A stretch of 64,000 nt of DNA from positions 183,584,001 through 183,648,000 of the forward strand of contig NC_086097.1 of the NCBI RefSeq assembly GCF_963921235.1. Reading direction: 5' to 3'. The position numbers and the translations under genes were made by a program. Positions 50,601-61,557 of this stretch are shown piece by piece (the stretch's first letter is position 1; each line of letters starts with the position of its first letter). The DNA is from Mobula hypostoma. Its lineage: Eukaryota. The notes under the pieces are model-generated. The model ran no database searches. It saw only the letters and a program-made list of their open reading frames with translations, and was not told where the DNA came from.

Positions 50601-53600
50601 TGGGCAACTACACGCTGTAGTCCTTCTGCACTGGCTGCCTGTCACATGTCAAAATCCCACTTTTCTGTTACCTTGTAAGTTGCATGATGTTGACTGACTT
50701 TCAAGTGTGAAGGGGAATTCTTTTCTCCTCTTCACCTGCTCTGCAGGACACCCAGTGCTGTTTGGGTGCACACACGTCCACCAGCAGGTGTTAGTACCTG
50801 TAGAATGGCATCTGTTGTCCATTCAAATCACCGTGTTACAGGCTAAATTTATGCAGTGCTCCTCAGCTTGAAATGGTGCCAGCCAAAATATAGATCCATC
50901 TTGTTCAACTGATAAAGTGAATAGAGAAATTTGCCATGCTTGCTCAGTGAACCAATGGACATGAATTCAGAGCTAGAATTTTGTGTGCAAGCAGCTTTGT
51001 TGTTTATTAATTGTACATTGTGGTTTCTGCATTGTACTGTAAATTACGATGTATTTTAGTATATATGTGAGTATAATTTATCTTTAGGTAGGTTGGATAT
51101 TTTTCTTCTTGAAGATTATGTACTGTTCTGAGGATACACTGCATCTTAGCTGTGGAAATAAGGAAACCAGTTATTGTTTAACACTGTTCTTAGCAGTGAG
51201 TCTCTATAATTCAATGCAGATGGCAATTTTCACTTTCAATTAAGATGAAGAATCTCAGAGTATGGTTGCTGACAGTTTGAATGTCTTGTGTGTGTGGGTA
51301 CTCACGCAAAGGAGCATTGCCTGTTAATTTTTTAAATCAAGTATGTAGGATTTCTTGCGGCTTTCTTTGTTACTGAATTAGCCTGCCTTTTAAGACTGTA
51401 GTGGCCAAGGAAATAATAAATTCTTGCATCAGGTCTAATTATCCCAAATTCATGCAAGTGAACCAACACCAAAAACAGTTATTTAAAAAAAGCAGCAATG
51501 CTCACCTGCGCTGAACCAACACTGTATTTGCATACTGTTAAGATGGGAATGGTTGAGCCTAATCTCATGCCATTCAAAGTACAAAGGAAGCCATCCTCTA
51601 TCCCAAACCTGTGCAGTTTTGAATAGCAATGAGGGTCGTGGATAACATCAGGGAAAAAAGGACTCCAGAGACAGGATTGTCCTGAAAGCCAGAGGTAATG
51701 ATAGTGGCAGATACATTAGGGACATTTAAGAGAATCTTAGACAGGCATATGGATGGTAGGAACGAGCTGAAGACAGGTTCTCATTTGAATTGGTATCTGC
51801 CATGTTCACATTATTCCATAACTCCTGAATCCCTGAGACTGCCAATACAGGAAGATAGTGTCATGAAGAAAGTGCTTCATTAGGTGTGGCATTGAGTATA
51901 AGAATTAGAACATCGTGTTACTGTTGTATAAAATGCTGGTTAGCTCACACTTGGGAGTGTTACCACACAATGGGAAATGTTTAATTATGGTAAGTTAAAG
52001 AGGGACAGCAAAAATTCACAGACATTGTCTGGACATGAGGCCTTGCATTATAAGGAGAGATTGGATAGACTAGATCTGTTTTCCCTGCAGAAATGATAAG
52101 GTAGGTAGTTCTTTTTTTCAGAATTGGGGAATCTAAAACTAAAGGGCATAAGGAGAGAGGGGAATATTTTAAAAAGAATCTGAGGGGTAAGATTTCTCAT
52201 GGAGACCATTCTCTGTGTATGTAAGCTACCACAGGAGGTGGTACAATCACAAACATTTATTTGTTTAATAAATCTTTTGGACAGGTGCAATGATAAGAAA
52301 GGATTTGAGGATATAGGCCATACATAGACAGATGTGACTAGTTCAGGCAGGCGTTTTGCCAGCATGGACAATATGGGTCAAAGGGACTGTTTCTGTGCTA
52401 TATAATTCAGGATGGAAGGATGGGTTAGTAAGTTTGCAGGTGACACAATGGTTGGTAGTGTTGTGGTTGGTGTAGAAGGTTGTTGTAGATTATAATGGAC
52501 AGAGACAAAATGCAGATCTGGGCTGAGAAGTGGCAGATGGAGTTCAATCTGGAACAGTGTGAAGTGATTCACTTTGGAAGGTTAAACTTGAAGGAAGAGT
52601 ACAGAGTTAATGGCAGGATTCTTAGTAGTCTGGAGGAACAGAGGGATCTTGGGGTCCAAGTCCATCAAAGTTAATGCACAAATAAATAGGGTGGTTACGA
52701 AAGTGTGTGTTGTGTTGGCCTTCAGTGTCGGGGGATTGAGTTCAAGATCCACATGGTAATATTACAGTACTATAAAACTCTGGTTAAACTACACTAAGAA
52801 TATTGCGTTCAGTTCTGGTTGCTTCATTATACGAAGGATGTGGTGGAAGGTTTAGAGTCGGTGCAGAGAAGATTAACAGGATGCTGCTTGGATTAGAGAA
52901 CATTGTTTAAAGTTTGGATGAGCCGGGCTTTCCTCTGGAGTTTGAGAGTCAACTTGATAAAGGTGTATGAGGTGATAAGAGGCATCGATAGACTGGACAG
53001 CCAATGATTTTTTTCCTAGGGCAGTGATGGCTCATACCAAAGGACATTCTTTTAAGGTGAGTGAAGGAAAGTTTAGGGGAGATGTCAGAGCAAGAGTTTT
53101 TACATAGAAAGAAGTGGGTGTGTGGAGTGCGCCACTGGGGGTGGTGGTAGAGGTGGGCACATTTATGAGACTCGTAGATAGGCACAGGGATGAAAGAAAA
53201 ATGGAAAGAAAAGGTTATGTAGGAGAGACGTTTGGATTGAACACCTAGACCATGATATCTCCTTATGCAACTGGATCCTCAATTTCCTCACTTGCAAAAC
53301 CCAGTCAGTTCAAATTGGCAACAATCTCCTCCACAATCCCCATCAACACAGGTGCACCACAAGGATTTGTGCTTAGCCCCTGCTCTACTCACGTGATACT
53401 TATGACTATGAGGCTAAGTACAGTTCCAATGCCACATTTAAGTTTGCTGATGACACAATTATTGTTGCTGAATGAAAGGTACTGACATAGGTGTGGGAAG
53501 GAGGTTGTGTGGTGCCACAACAACAACCTCTCACTCTATGTCAGGAAAACTAAAGAGCCCATTATTGACTACAGGAGGAGGAAACAGAAGGTCCATGAGC

Positions 53601-54027
53601 CAGTCCTCAGTCGAGGCTAGAAGGTGAAGCAGGTCAGTAACTTTAAATTCCTTCTTTTTTTTAACTTTAAATTTCTTGGCATTATCATTTCAAAGGATCT
53701 GTCCTGGACCAGCATGTAAGTACCATCATAAAGAGGGCTTATCAGCACCTCTAATTTCTTAGAAGTTTGTGCATATTCACAATGTCATCTAAAATTGACA
53801 GACTTCTATAGATGCAGAGTGGTTAGTATCCTTACTGGCTGCACCATGACCTGATGTGGGAACACCAATGTCCTTGATCAGAAAAGCCTACAAAAAGTAG
53901 TGGATGTGGCCCAGTCCATCACAGGAAAAGCTGTCCCCATGATTCAGCACATCTGCAAGGATCACTTCCACAAGGAAACACTGTCCATCATTAAGGACTC
54001 CCTCCATCCAGGACATGCTCCCTTATC

Positions 54028-54162
54028 AAGAACACAAGAAATTCTGCAGATGCTGGAAATCCAGAAAACACACACAAAATGCTGGAGGAAATTAGCAGGT
54101 CAGGCAGCATCTATGGGAAGGAGTACACTGTCCAGGTTTTGGACCGAGACTCTTAATCAGGA
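54028..54162 (-). mobile_element. Penelope pLTR terminal fragment
   Basis: CTGCAGATGCTGGAAATCC...CAAAATGCTGGAGGAA matches the family 1 terminus. Confidence 0.85.
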
Positions 54163-54534
54163 AAGATATTTAATGCAGTACACTCAATAGCCACTTTATT
54201 ACGTACACCTGTACACCTGCTTGTTATGCAAATAGCTAATCGGCCAATCACATGAAAGAAACTCAATGCATAAAAGCATGCAGACATGGTCAAGAGATTC
54301 AGTTGTTGTTCAAACATCAGAATAGGGAAGAAATATGATCACAGTGACTTAGACCATGGAATGATTGTTGGTGCCAGACAGGGTGGCTTCAGTTACTTAG
54401 AAACTGCTGTTCTCCTGGAATTTTCACACACACAGTTTACTGAGAATAGTGTGAAAAACAAAAAGCATCCGGTGAGCAGCAGTTCTGTGGATGAAAACAC
54501 CTTGTTAATGAGAGAGGCTATAGGAGAATGGCCA

Positions 54535-54700
54535 CACTCACAACACGCTGGAGGAACTCAGCAGGTCGGACAACATCCATGGAAACGATCAGTCAACGTT
54601 TCGGGCCGGAACTCTTCGTCAGGACTGAAGAGAGAAGGGGCAGAGGCCCTATAAAGAAGGTGGGGGAGGTGGGAAGAAGGCTGGTAGGTGCCAGGTGAAA
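54535..54700 (-). mobile_element. Penelope pLTR fragment inserted in the Tc1 element
   Basis: CAACACGCTGGAGGAACTCAGCAGG; 6-bp duplication TGGCCA (54529-54534, 54748-54753). Confidence 0.85.
54589..54628 (-). ncRNA. Minimal hammerhead ribozyme motif (best-preserved family 1 copy)
   Basis: Minus strand: UCAGUC-CUGACGA-A-GAG-UUCCGG-CCC-GAAA-CGUU-GACUGA; 6-bp stem I, palindromic AACGUU stem III, one stem II mismatch. Confidence 0.75.
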
Positions 54701-57700
54701 CACTTGATTAATTACATTATTGTTGCCTTCCTGTCAGCTTGAACCAGTGGCCAGACTGCTTCAAGCTGACAGGAAGGTGACAATAATGTAATTAGTCAGG
54801 TGTTACAACAGTGGTGTGCAGAAGAGCATCTCTGAACGTATAACACGTCGAACCTTGAAGTGGATGGGTTACAGCAGCAGAAGACCACAGGCATACACTC
54901 AGTGTCCACTTTATTAAGTGCAGGAGATACCTAATAAAGTGGCTACTGAGCGTATATGGTGATATATTGTGTACATACTTTGATAATAAATTAACTTTGG
55001 ACTTTACATTGAAGGCCCCGCACTGTGTTATACTGTTCTATGTTCTATGTTGTAAATGTAGAGGTTAGGTACAACTCTGATGATCCTCAGTAAGCAGTTG
55101 TTGTTTCCTATACTCACTAGAGCAGTGCAAAATAGGTAAAAGTGAACATTTGTAACTCAAGAATCAACTTATTATTCGATGCACATTCTGTCAATGTGAT
55201 AAGTGTCAAATCTTTTCATCACTAACTCAGTTCTGAAGATATTTTCTTTGTAAATGACATTGAAATGCAAGGGTGTAAACATGATATTCTTTGAAATTTC
55301 CCGTGACTGTAATACTCTTTCAAAACAGCAATAACTTTTCAGGTTGCAGGGATCACACGTGTAAAATCTGAACCAGCCCTTTTAGTTATGAAGAACATGT
55401 TGGAGTGCAGGATATCAGTTATATAAGAGTGAACAATTCCCTACAGGGTCAACACTGAATGAAATCAAACCTACTAGATGTTGCTCTATGCCTCTTTATA
55501 GCGCAGCATTCAGTCATAAAATGAAACCACATCATAGATATACACCTCCCTGTGATATCTCACATGCACCACAGACAACATCTGCACAAAGCTTGTGGTG
55601 AACTTATGATTGCAGCTACCTCAGACCTTGCACTCTAAGACAATTGCATTCTCACCCAGCTGTCACTTATGGAATGCGGCATAAACATTGCATATAAAGG
55701 CCATCAAAAATATCATGAAAAATTAACCATTTTTAAGGGAGAAGTTCCATTTCCTAGGAATGAAGCTACAGACATTCCTCAGTTTATGAAAGGGATGTAA
55801 TCCCAGAAAACGATACGATAAAAATAGTTTTGTAAATTGAAAAATCTGGACAAAATCTGCTGTGGGTACTTTGGTACAATATATTTCCATGAGCAGCGAG
55901 CAGAAAAGCTAGATTAATAAATTAGGCATGAACTCCAAAGAGTCAATAGTATTATAACAATCACTCATAAATAGAATGTTTGTAAAATATGGAGTATCTG
56001 TGAAATGTTGTATGTCAAGCAGCTAAAATGTCAAAACTGGCAGTAAGTAGGCAATCAATCAGAATTAGTCCAAGGGCCTTGAACGACCACTATTGCTGAT
56101 ATTGGCAATCACCACTCTAGTGATATCTGCTCATACAACCAGAATTGATAATTGACGATTTATAACCGTGCGGGTAAAATGATAGCTGACAATTTGCAGG
56201 ATTAATAAGAGAATTAGTAAGACTTCAGGACCAGCATGATTTGGTAAGGGTGGCATTCAAAGGTGGCAAAATTGGAAGACAAAGGATATTGAAGGTTTGA
56301 TTGAGAAAATAAAGAGCTCAGACATAAACTACTGGGCATTGTAGCAGTAAGATGATTCTCAGACAGTGCTTCAATAAATAAAAATGATCAAATCAAGAAA
56401 TATGTGACCTGGCTGGACATTGGGGGAGAGGAATCGGAAGAGCATAGAACGTTGTACAGCGTTGAAAGCTTTAGGTCCGTTGAAAAGATTGTAGCGGTTC
56501 AGGTTTTTCACAACCACGGTCACAAAAAGTACAATGTGTGATTTCACCAACACCAGAAATGCAAAAAATCCATGTCTATAAGGCTCGATCAAAGGTTGGG
56601 TATCCAGTTGTGAATAATCCACCTTCTGACACCCCAGACCATCTCTATTCCAAGTCAGGAGTATAACGGAATACCCCTGTTTCATGTAGCTTCAATAATT
56701 CTCGAAAAGTTTATCATTATCCATCATAATATTCTTGCAAATTATTCTCTCTTCCTCCACCTCCCATTCCTACCCAACTTCCTTCAGAATGTGATTATCT
56801 CTTGAATTCATATCCATTCATGCCTGCCTATCTCCGCACTTTATTTGAATGAGTAAGAATAAGGTTTCAAGCCTCACCACAATGCTGATGATTTATCTAG
56901 GTATTGTCTGAGATCATGCTGTCACGGACAAGGCTGCCATTTGTTGGCCATCATTTTCCAACCTTGAGAATGTGGTAATGAGTTTAAACTACCAGAGATC
57001 TTCCAGGGAAGGCATTCACACAGTATTGTTGTGATGACTTCGAGGGTACCAGCTCTAGAGTCCTAAACTTAAGACAAGACAAAGGATTTAGTTACAGGAG
57101 TCTAATAGTGCCCTAACTTTCGGAAGATTATGCTGTATCAACCTACAGTTCAAAGACTAATTTACTTCAGTCTCTTTTCTGAAGGGGTTTTGCTGTCAAT
57201 ATCACTATTTTGAATAGTAAGTCCCCCCCTCCCAACAATGGAGGAGGTGTTTCTAGCTAATGAAATAGATTAAACACAGATATTTTATTTAAATAGGACA
57301 CATTTATTTGAGAAGTAAATTCTTAACAGTTAATAATTTTACAATGGATTTCCAAACACAGGTACAATTCTTACAGGCTAAAAAGACATACAAATGAGTT
57401 GCAGGCAAACTAATCATTTAATGTAAAAAGAAGAGATCCTTCTTGGTCTGGACTATGGAGTGGAATCTATACCTTGATCTCCGTAAATCTACCCACCCTC
57501 TCTTTCTTCTAATGTTTATATTTTTTTAACTAGTTATCTAGTGATGACCACATCTACATGTGATATTTTCATAACTGCATGGGTCAGGTCAGATGGTAGG
57601 AGCCTCGGGTTAATGTAGACAATCTTGTTCTTATGATTAAGTTGTAAGTCTCAATTAAGTTAGCAATTGGCTTCATGAGACAGGACAGTATTGTTCCTGA

Positions 57701-57872
57701 AGTCAATGAGTAATAGTACTACTATTTACAGAACATTAACTATAAACATCTTGAACTGTACATAGTTTCTTCTGTGGTGCTAACGTAGCTGAGGTTGGCT
57801 AAAAGTCTCTGGACTCTCGATGGTGAAATCCAAAGTTCAAAGTTCAAAGTAATTTTTATTATCAAAGTACAT

Positions 57873-58258
57873 TCAATGGTGCAAGGAAGTTTATGAACCC
57901 TGTAGAATTTTCTCTATTTCTGCATAAGTTTGAACTAAAATCTGATCAGATCTTCACATAAGTTCTACAACTAGATAAAGAGAACCCAATTAAACAAATA
58001 ACACAAAAGCATATAGTTGTTCATTTATTTATTGAGAAAAATGATACAATATTACATGTATTTGTTGGAAAATGTATGTGAACTTTTGCTTTCAGTAATT
58101 GTTGTGACCCCTTTGTGCCGCAATAACTTCAACAAAGCAATTCTGATAACTGTTGGTCAGTCCTGCACAGTGGCTTGGAGGAATTTTAGGCCATTCCTCC
58201 TTACAAAACAGCTTGAACTCTGGGATGTTGGTGGGCTTCCTTGTACAAACTGCTGGGA
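57873..58258 (-). mobile_element. Tc1-like transposon 3' end
   Basis: TIR-like CAATGGTGCAAGGAAGTTTATGAACCC; minus-strand EEWPKIPPSHCAGL (transposase C-terminus). Confidence 0.8.
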
Positions 58259-59575
58259 TATGCCCTTTCTCATTACTACCATTGAAGACTGAAGATCAGC
58301 ACTCAGTATTTTAGATAGGAGGAACTTATTCCCCTCTGATAGCAGAGTTTTGAACAGTACCTCTGCATTCTTCTTTTGCATTATCTATTTTTTGTAACTC
58401 AAAATAATTTTTATGCTATGCATTGTACTTCTGCCATAAAACAACAAATTTCACGATATCAGTCAGTGATAATAAGTCTGATTCTGATTCTAAACAGAAG
58501 GTGAGATTAAATGGAGCGGACATTTTGAAGTGGCCAATGTGAGAGTGTGCCAGTATAAAAATGGGAATTGAGATTTCGGCTCAAGAGGATAAATAGGAAG
58601 GATGCTTTTCTTCAGCAGACAGGGTGGGGGTGTGGATAAGGGACAGCAAAAACAGCAATCATTGTAATTGGCAGAAGGATTAGAAGGTTGATGAGAAAAC
58701 TTTTTCACTGACAGTAGAGTACGGATGAAAGGGAGATAGAACCCGAAATCCTAGTGATGTTTAAACCATACTTGAATGTGTCCATGACCTGCAGTTTCAT
58801 GGATCTTCTACTGGAAGGTGTGATTAAGTTGGGCAGTTCTTCTTGGAACATGAAATGCCAAAGATGATTTCTTCTGTGTTTTAAATTTTCTGTAATTCCA
58901 TGCAAAGTTAGAGTTACACTACTTCAAACAGTGACTCGCTATGGAGATAACAAAAATATAACATTTTCAAATATGCTATTTATGCAGAGAGCCTGTCATG
59001 CTGGGAGAAAGCATTCTGAACTCTAATGACTGTTAGAGGAAAGAAATTCCTGCCTCTGAAAGCCCTTGAAATCTCTGACAGACTGCTTCCAGCTTTATTC
59101 TTCTCAAAGCTATACAGACTTTTTATTTGTTTCTTTCAGAGATATTTTGAAATAATACGATTTGAAAAATATAACATAAAAATTAACTTAATATAAAAAA
59201 TAAAGACAGTTTCTAAGAAATATTATAAAAATTATAATATTTAAATATTTAAATAATATTATAAATATTATAAAAACAACAAACTAATGCAAGAACAATT
59301 TACAATGAGGTAGCTTTCCATTCACCTTGGCACCTAAACAACAGACTGGTAGGTTGGATCTTGTATTAAGTATAACTTGGCATAAAACTTGGAAGACCTC
59401 TCTTCAAAGTAGGTGAGAAGTTTGCTGGTGGAGAAAGCTGGCATATTCAACATTTAAAATGTTTTAGTAAAGTTCAGAACTTGTATGCCTTACAGAACAA
59501 GTGCAACTTTCCTTGACTTTCTCCCATTTAAGACAAAAGATGCCTGTGGTCCCAGTCATACCCACTGGCACTTAC

Positions 59576-59649
59576 CTGGTTGAGATCTTCTTCCGTTATG
59601 TATTTGGAATTATTTCTGTAGTTTTCAACTGAGGGCAACATAAATAAAG
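59576..59649 (-). other. Candidate 74-nt internal exon of an unidentified minus-strand transcript
   Basis: Acceptor CTTGTTTCTTATTTCAG and donor CAG|GTAAGTG; one open frame, LFMLPSVENYRNNSKYITEEDLNQ. Confidence 0.35.
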
Positions 59650-60759
59650 CTGAAATAAGAAACAAGTTGCTTCAGAATCCTTCTGGAATAGATTCCAGGA
59701 CCATTAAAATCAAAAAGCTCAGTGATCATTTTAGCTTTCACTATATATTTCTTGTATCATATAACATCATTTTGTGCAGTCATGCTTCAGTACAGCACTA
59801 AGGTCCAATCTTTACGAATCTATAAAACTACATCCAGAGCATATAAAAATACATTGTTGTGAATTTTATAGTGTATAAATTACACAACTAAATCTAAAAT
59901 GCTTTTTCATAAGAAGTGGTACTTTGATGCTCAAACATATTGATGAAGTCCTAATGCTTTAGTGGCTGCAAATAATAACTAGGAATATACCCATTACTTC
60001 TGAATGTTCCTATAGATGCTTTGTTTTTTAACTCGTTTTATATTGTTATCTGGTGAAATTTTATGACATTACTTCTGTATGCTTATCATAGTGTACTTAC
60101 ATGTGCAACAAAGAGATGGAAGTTAATAATTAGTTTATCAAGGCAAGTAAATTGTTAAGCGAATCATAAAACTGCATCATATTGAATTTGGGGTGTTTCC
60201 AACATCAAGCCCAGGCCAGAATAAGTTTAAATTTGCCCAGCACAGTTCACTCTGCCTGCAGTGACATGGGTAGGGTCAGGGATGGGGGTGTCACAGCACA
60301 AAGACGCAAGAATATTATGTGCCACCAAAAAATTTATAAAATGAACAAACGTGCATATTTTAAATTCTGCGTTTAGTGTTATGAGTGTGATTTGGGTCAC
60401 TGGAGAGACATTGAAGCTGGTTATATAAAGGTTTTTATTCATCATGGCAAGCAGACATTCTCCTGGAGAACCTCTCCATAAAGTCTCCCAATCCCCAGGT
60501 ACAAGACATTTGTCCCGTAAGATCAGAGATTCAAGTGATCAATAGGATTTCAATAGTTACAATAATATTTAGTGTTATGAGTCTCACAATGCTTCCATTG
60601 AGTTACATATCAATAATGGGAGTCACCTTTGCTGGGTCAAAGTAATTCACAAGGATAGTCTAACCACTGAGGACAGAGATCCCAGGTACCCAGAGTTAAT
60701 GTTGTGAAGGCACAAATTTGAGTACACAAATATCACAGTGATTGGTCGAGAAAATATAC

Positions 60760-61557
60760 CTGTGACCATGTTTAAATTGCTACAGGAGGAAGATGCCGGA
60801 GGCCCATGAGGAACAGAGGTGGAGAGGGTCAGCAGCTATAAATTCTCTAGAGTTAACATATCCGCAAATCTTTTCTGGGACCAGCACATGCAGTAAGTGT
60901 CACCACAAAGAAAATGTGTCTGTGCTTCTTTAAGCAGATTCGACATGTAAACTAAAATTAAACAGCTTATATAGACACACGGCGGAGAGTTTCCTAACTG
61001 GTTGCATCATGGTCTGGTATAGAAACACCAATGCCCAGGAATGGAAACCACTACAGGAGGTGGTTGATACAGGCTACCCATCACAAACTAAGCCCTCCCT
61101 ACTACTAAGTACATTTATGTGGAGCACTGCCACAAGAAAGCTGCATCAATGACCATGAACTCTCACCATCCAGAACGTGCCCTGTCATCAGTACCTTCGG
61201 GTAGGAGGTACAGAAGCCTTAGGTCCCACGTCTCCAGGTTCAAGAACAGTTATTACCCCAACACCATCAGGCTTCTGAACCATCGTGGATCACTTCAATC
61301 GGCACAACTCTGAACTGGTTCTATGACCTACAGACTCATTTTCAAAGACTTTTTACAACTCATGTTCTTGGCATTTTTGTATTTGCACAGTTTGTCTTCA
61401 TTTGCACATTGATTGTTTGACAGTTTTTGTCTGTTTGTGTATATTTTTTCGTAAATTCTATTGTATTTCTTTTATATGCCCACAAGAAAATGAATCTCAA
61501 AGTAATATATGGTAACATATGTGTACTTTGAAAATAATTTTACTTTGAACTTTGAAG
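60760..61557 (+). mobile_element. Rex1/Babar 3' fragment
   Basis: VERVSSYKFS; GCIMVWYRN; PSGRRYRSLRSHVSRFKNSYYP.TIRLLN; ends with (ACTTTG)n. Confidence 0.88.

Larger units (their letters stand above)
54181..54952 (+). mobile_element. Non-autonomous Tc1 element with transposase N-terminal HTH remnant
   Basis: TA|CACTCAATAGCCACTTTATT...AATAAAGTGGCTACTGAGCG|TA; GKKYDHSDLDHGMIVGARQGGFSYLETAVLLEFS. Confidence 0.9.
53245..55005 (+). mobile_element. Rex1/Babar fragment nested in CR1
   Basis: INTGAPQGFVLSP, FKFADDT, SIIKDSLHPGH; 3' end GATAATAAATTAACTTTG at ~54980-55000. Confidence 0.85.
51885..55052 (+). mobile_element. Tandem CR1 fragments; the second is split by a Rex1/Penelope/Tc1 nest (tail resumes at ~55008)
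   Basis: CR1 C-terminal motifs at 51885-52400 and 52405-53240 (WVSKFA.DT; AEKWQMEFN); tail CTGTTCTATGTTCTATG at ~55030-55050. Confidence 0.8.
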
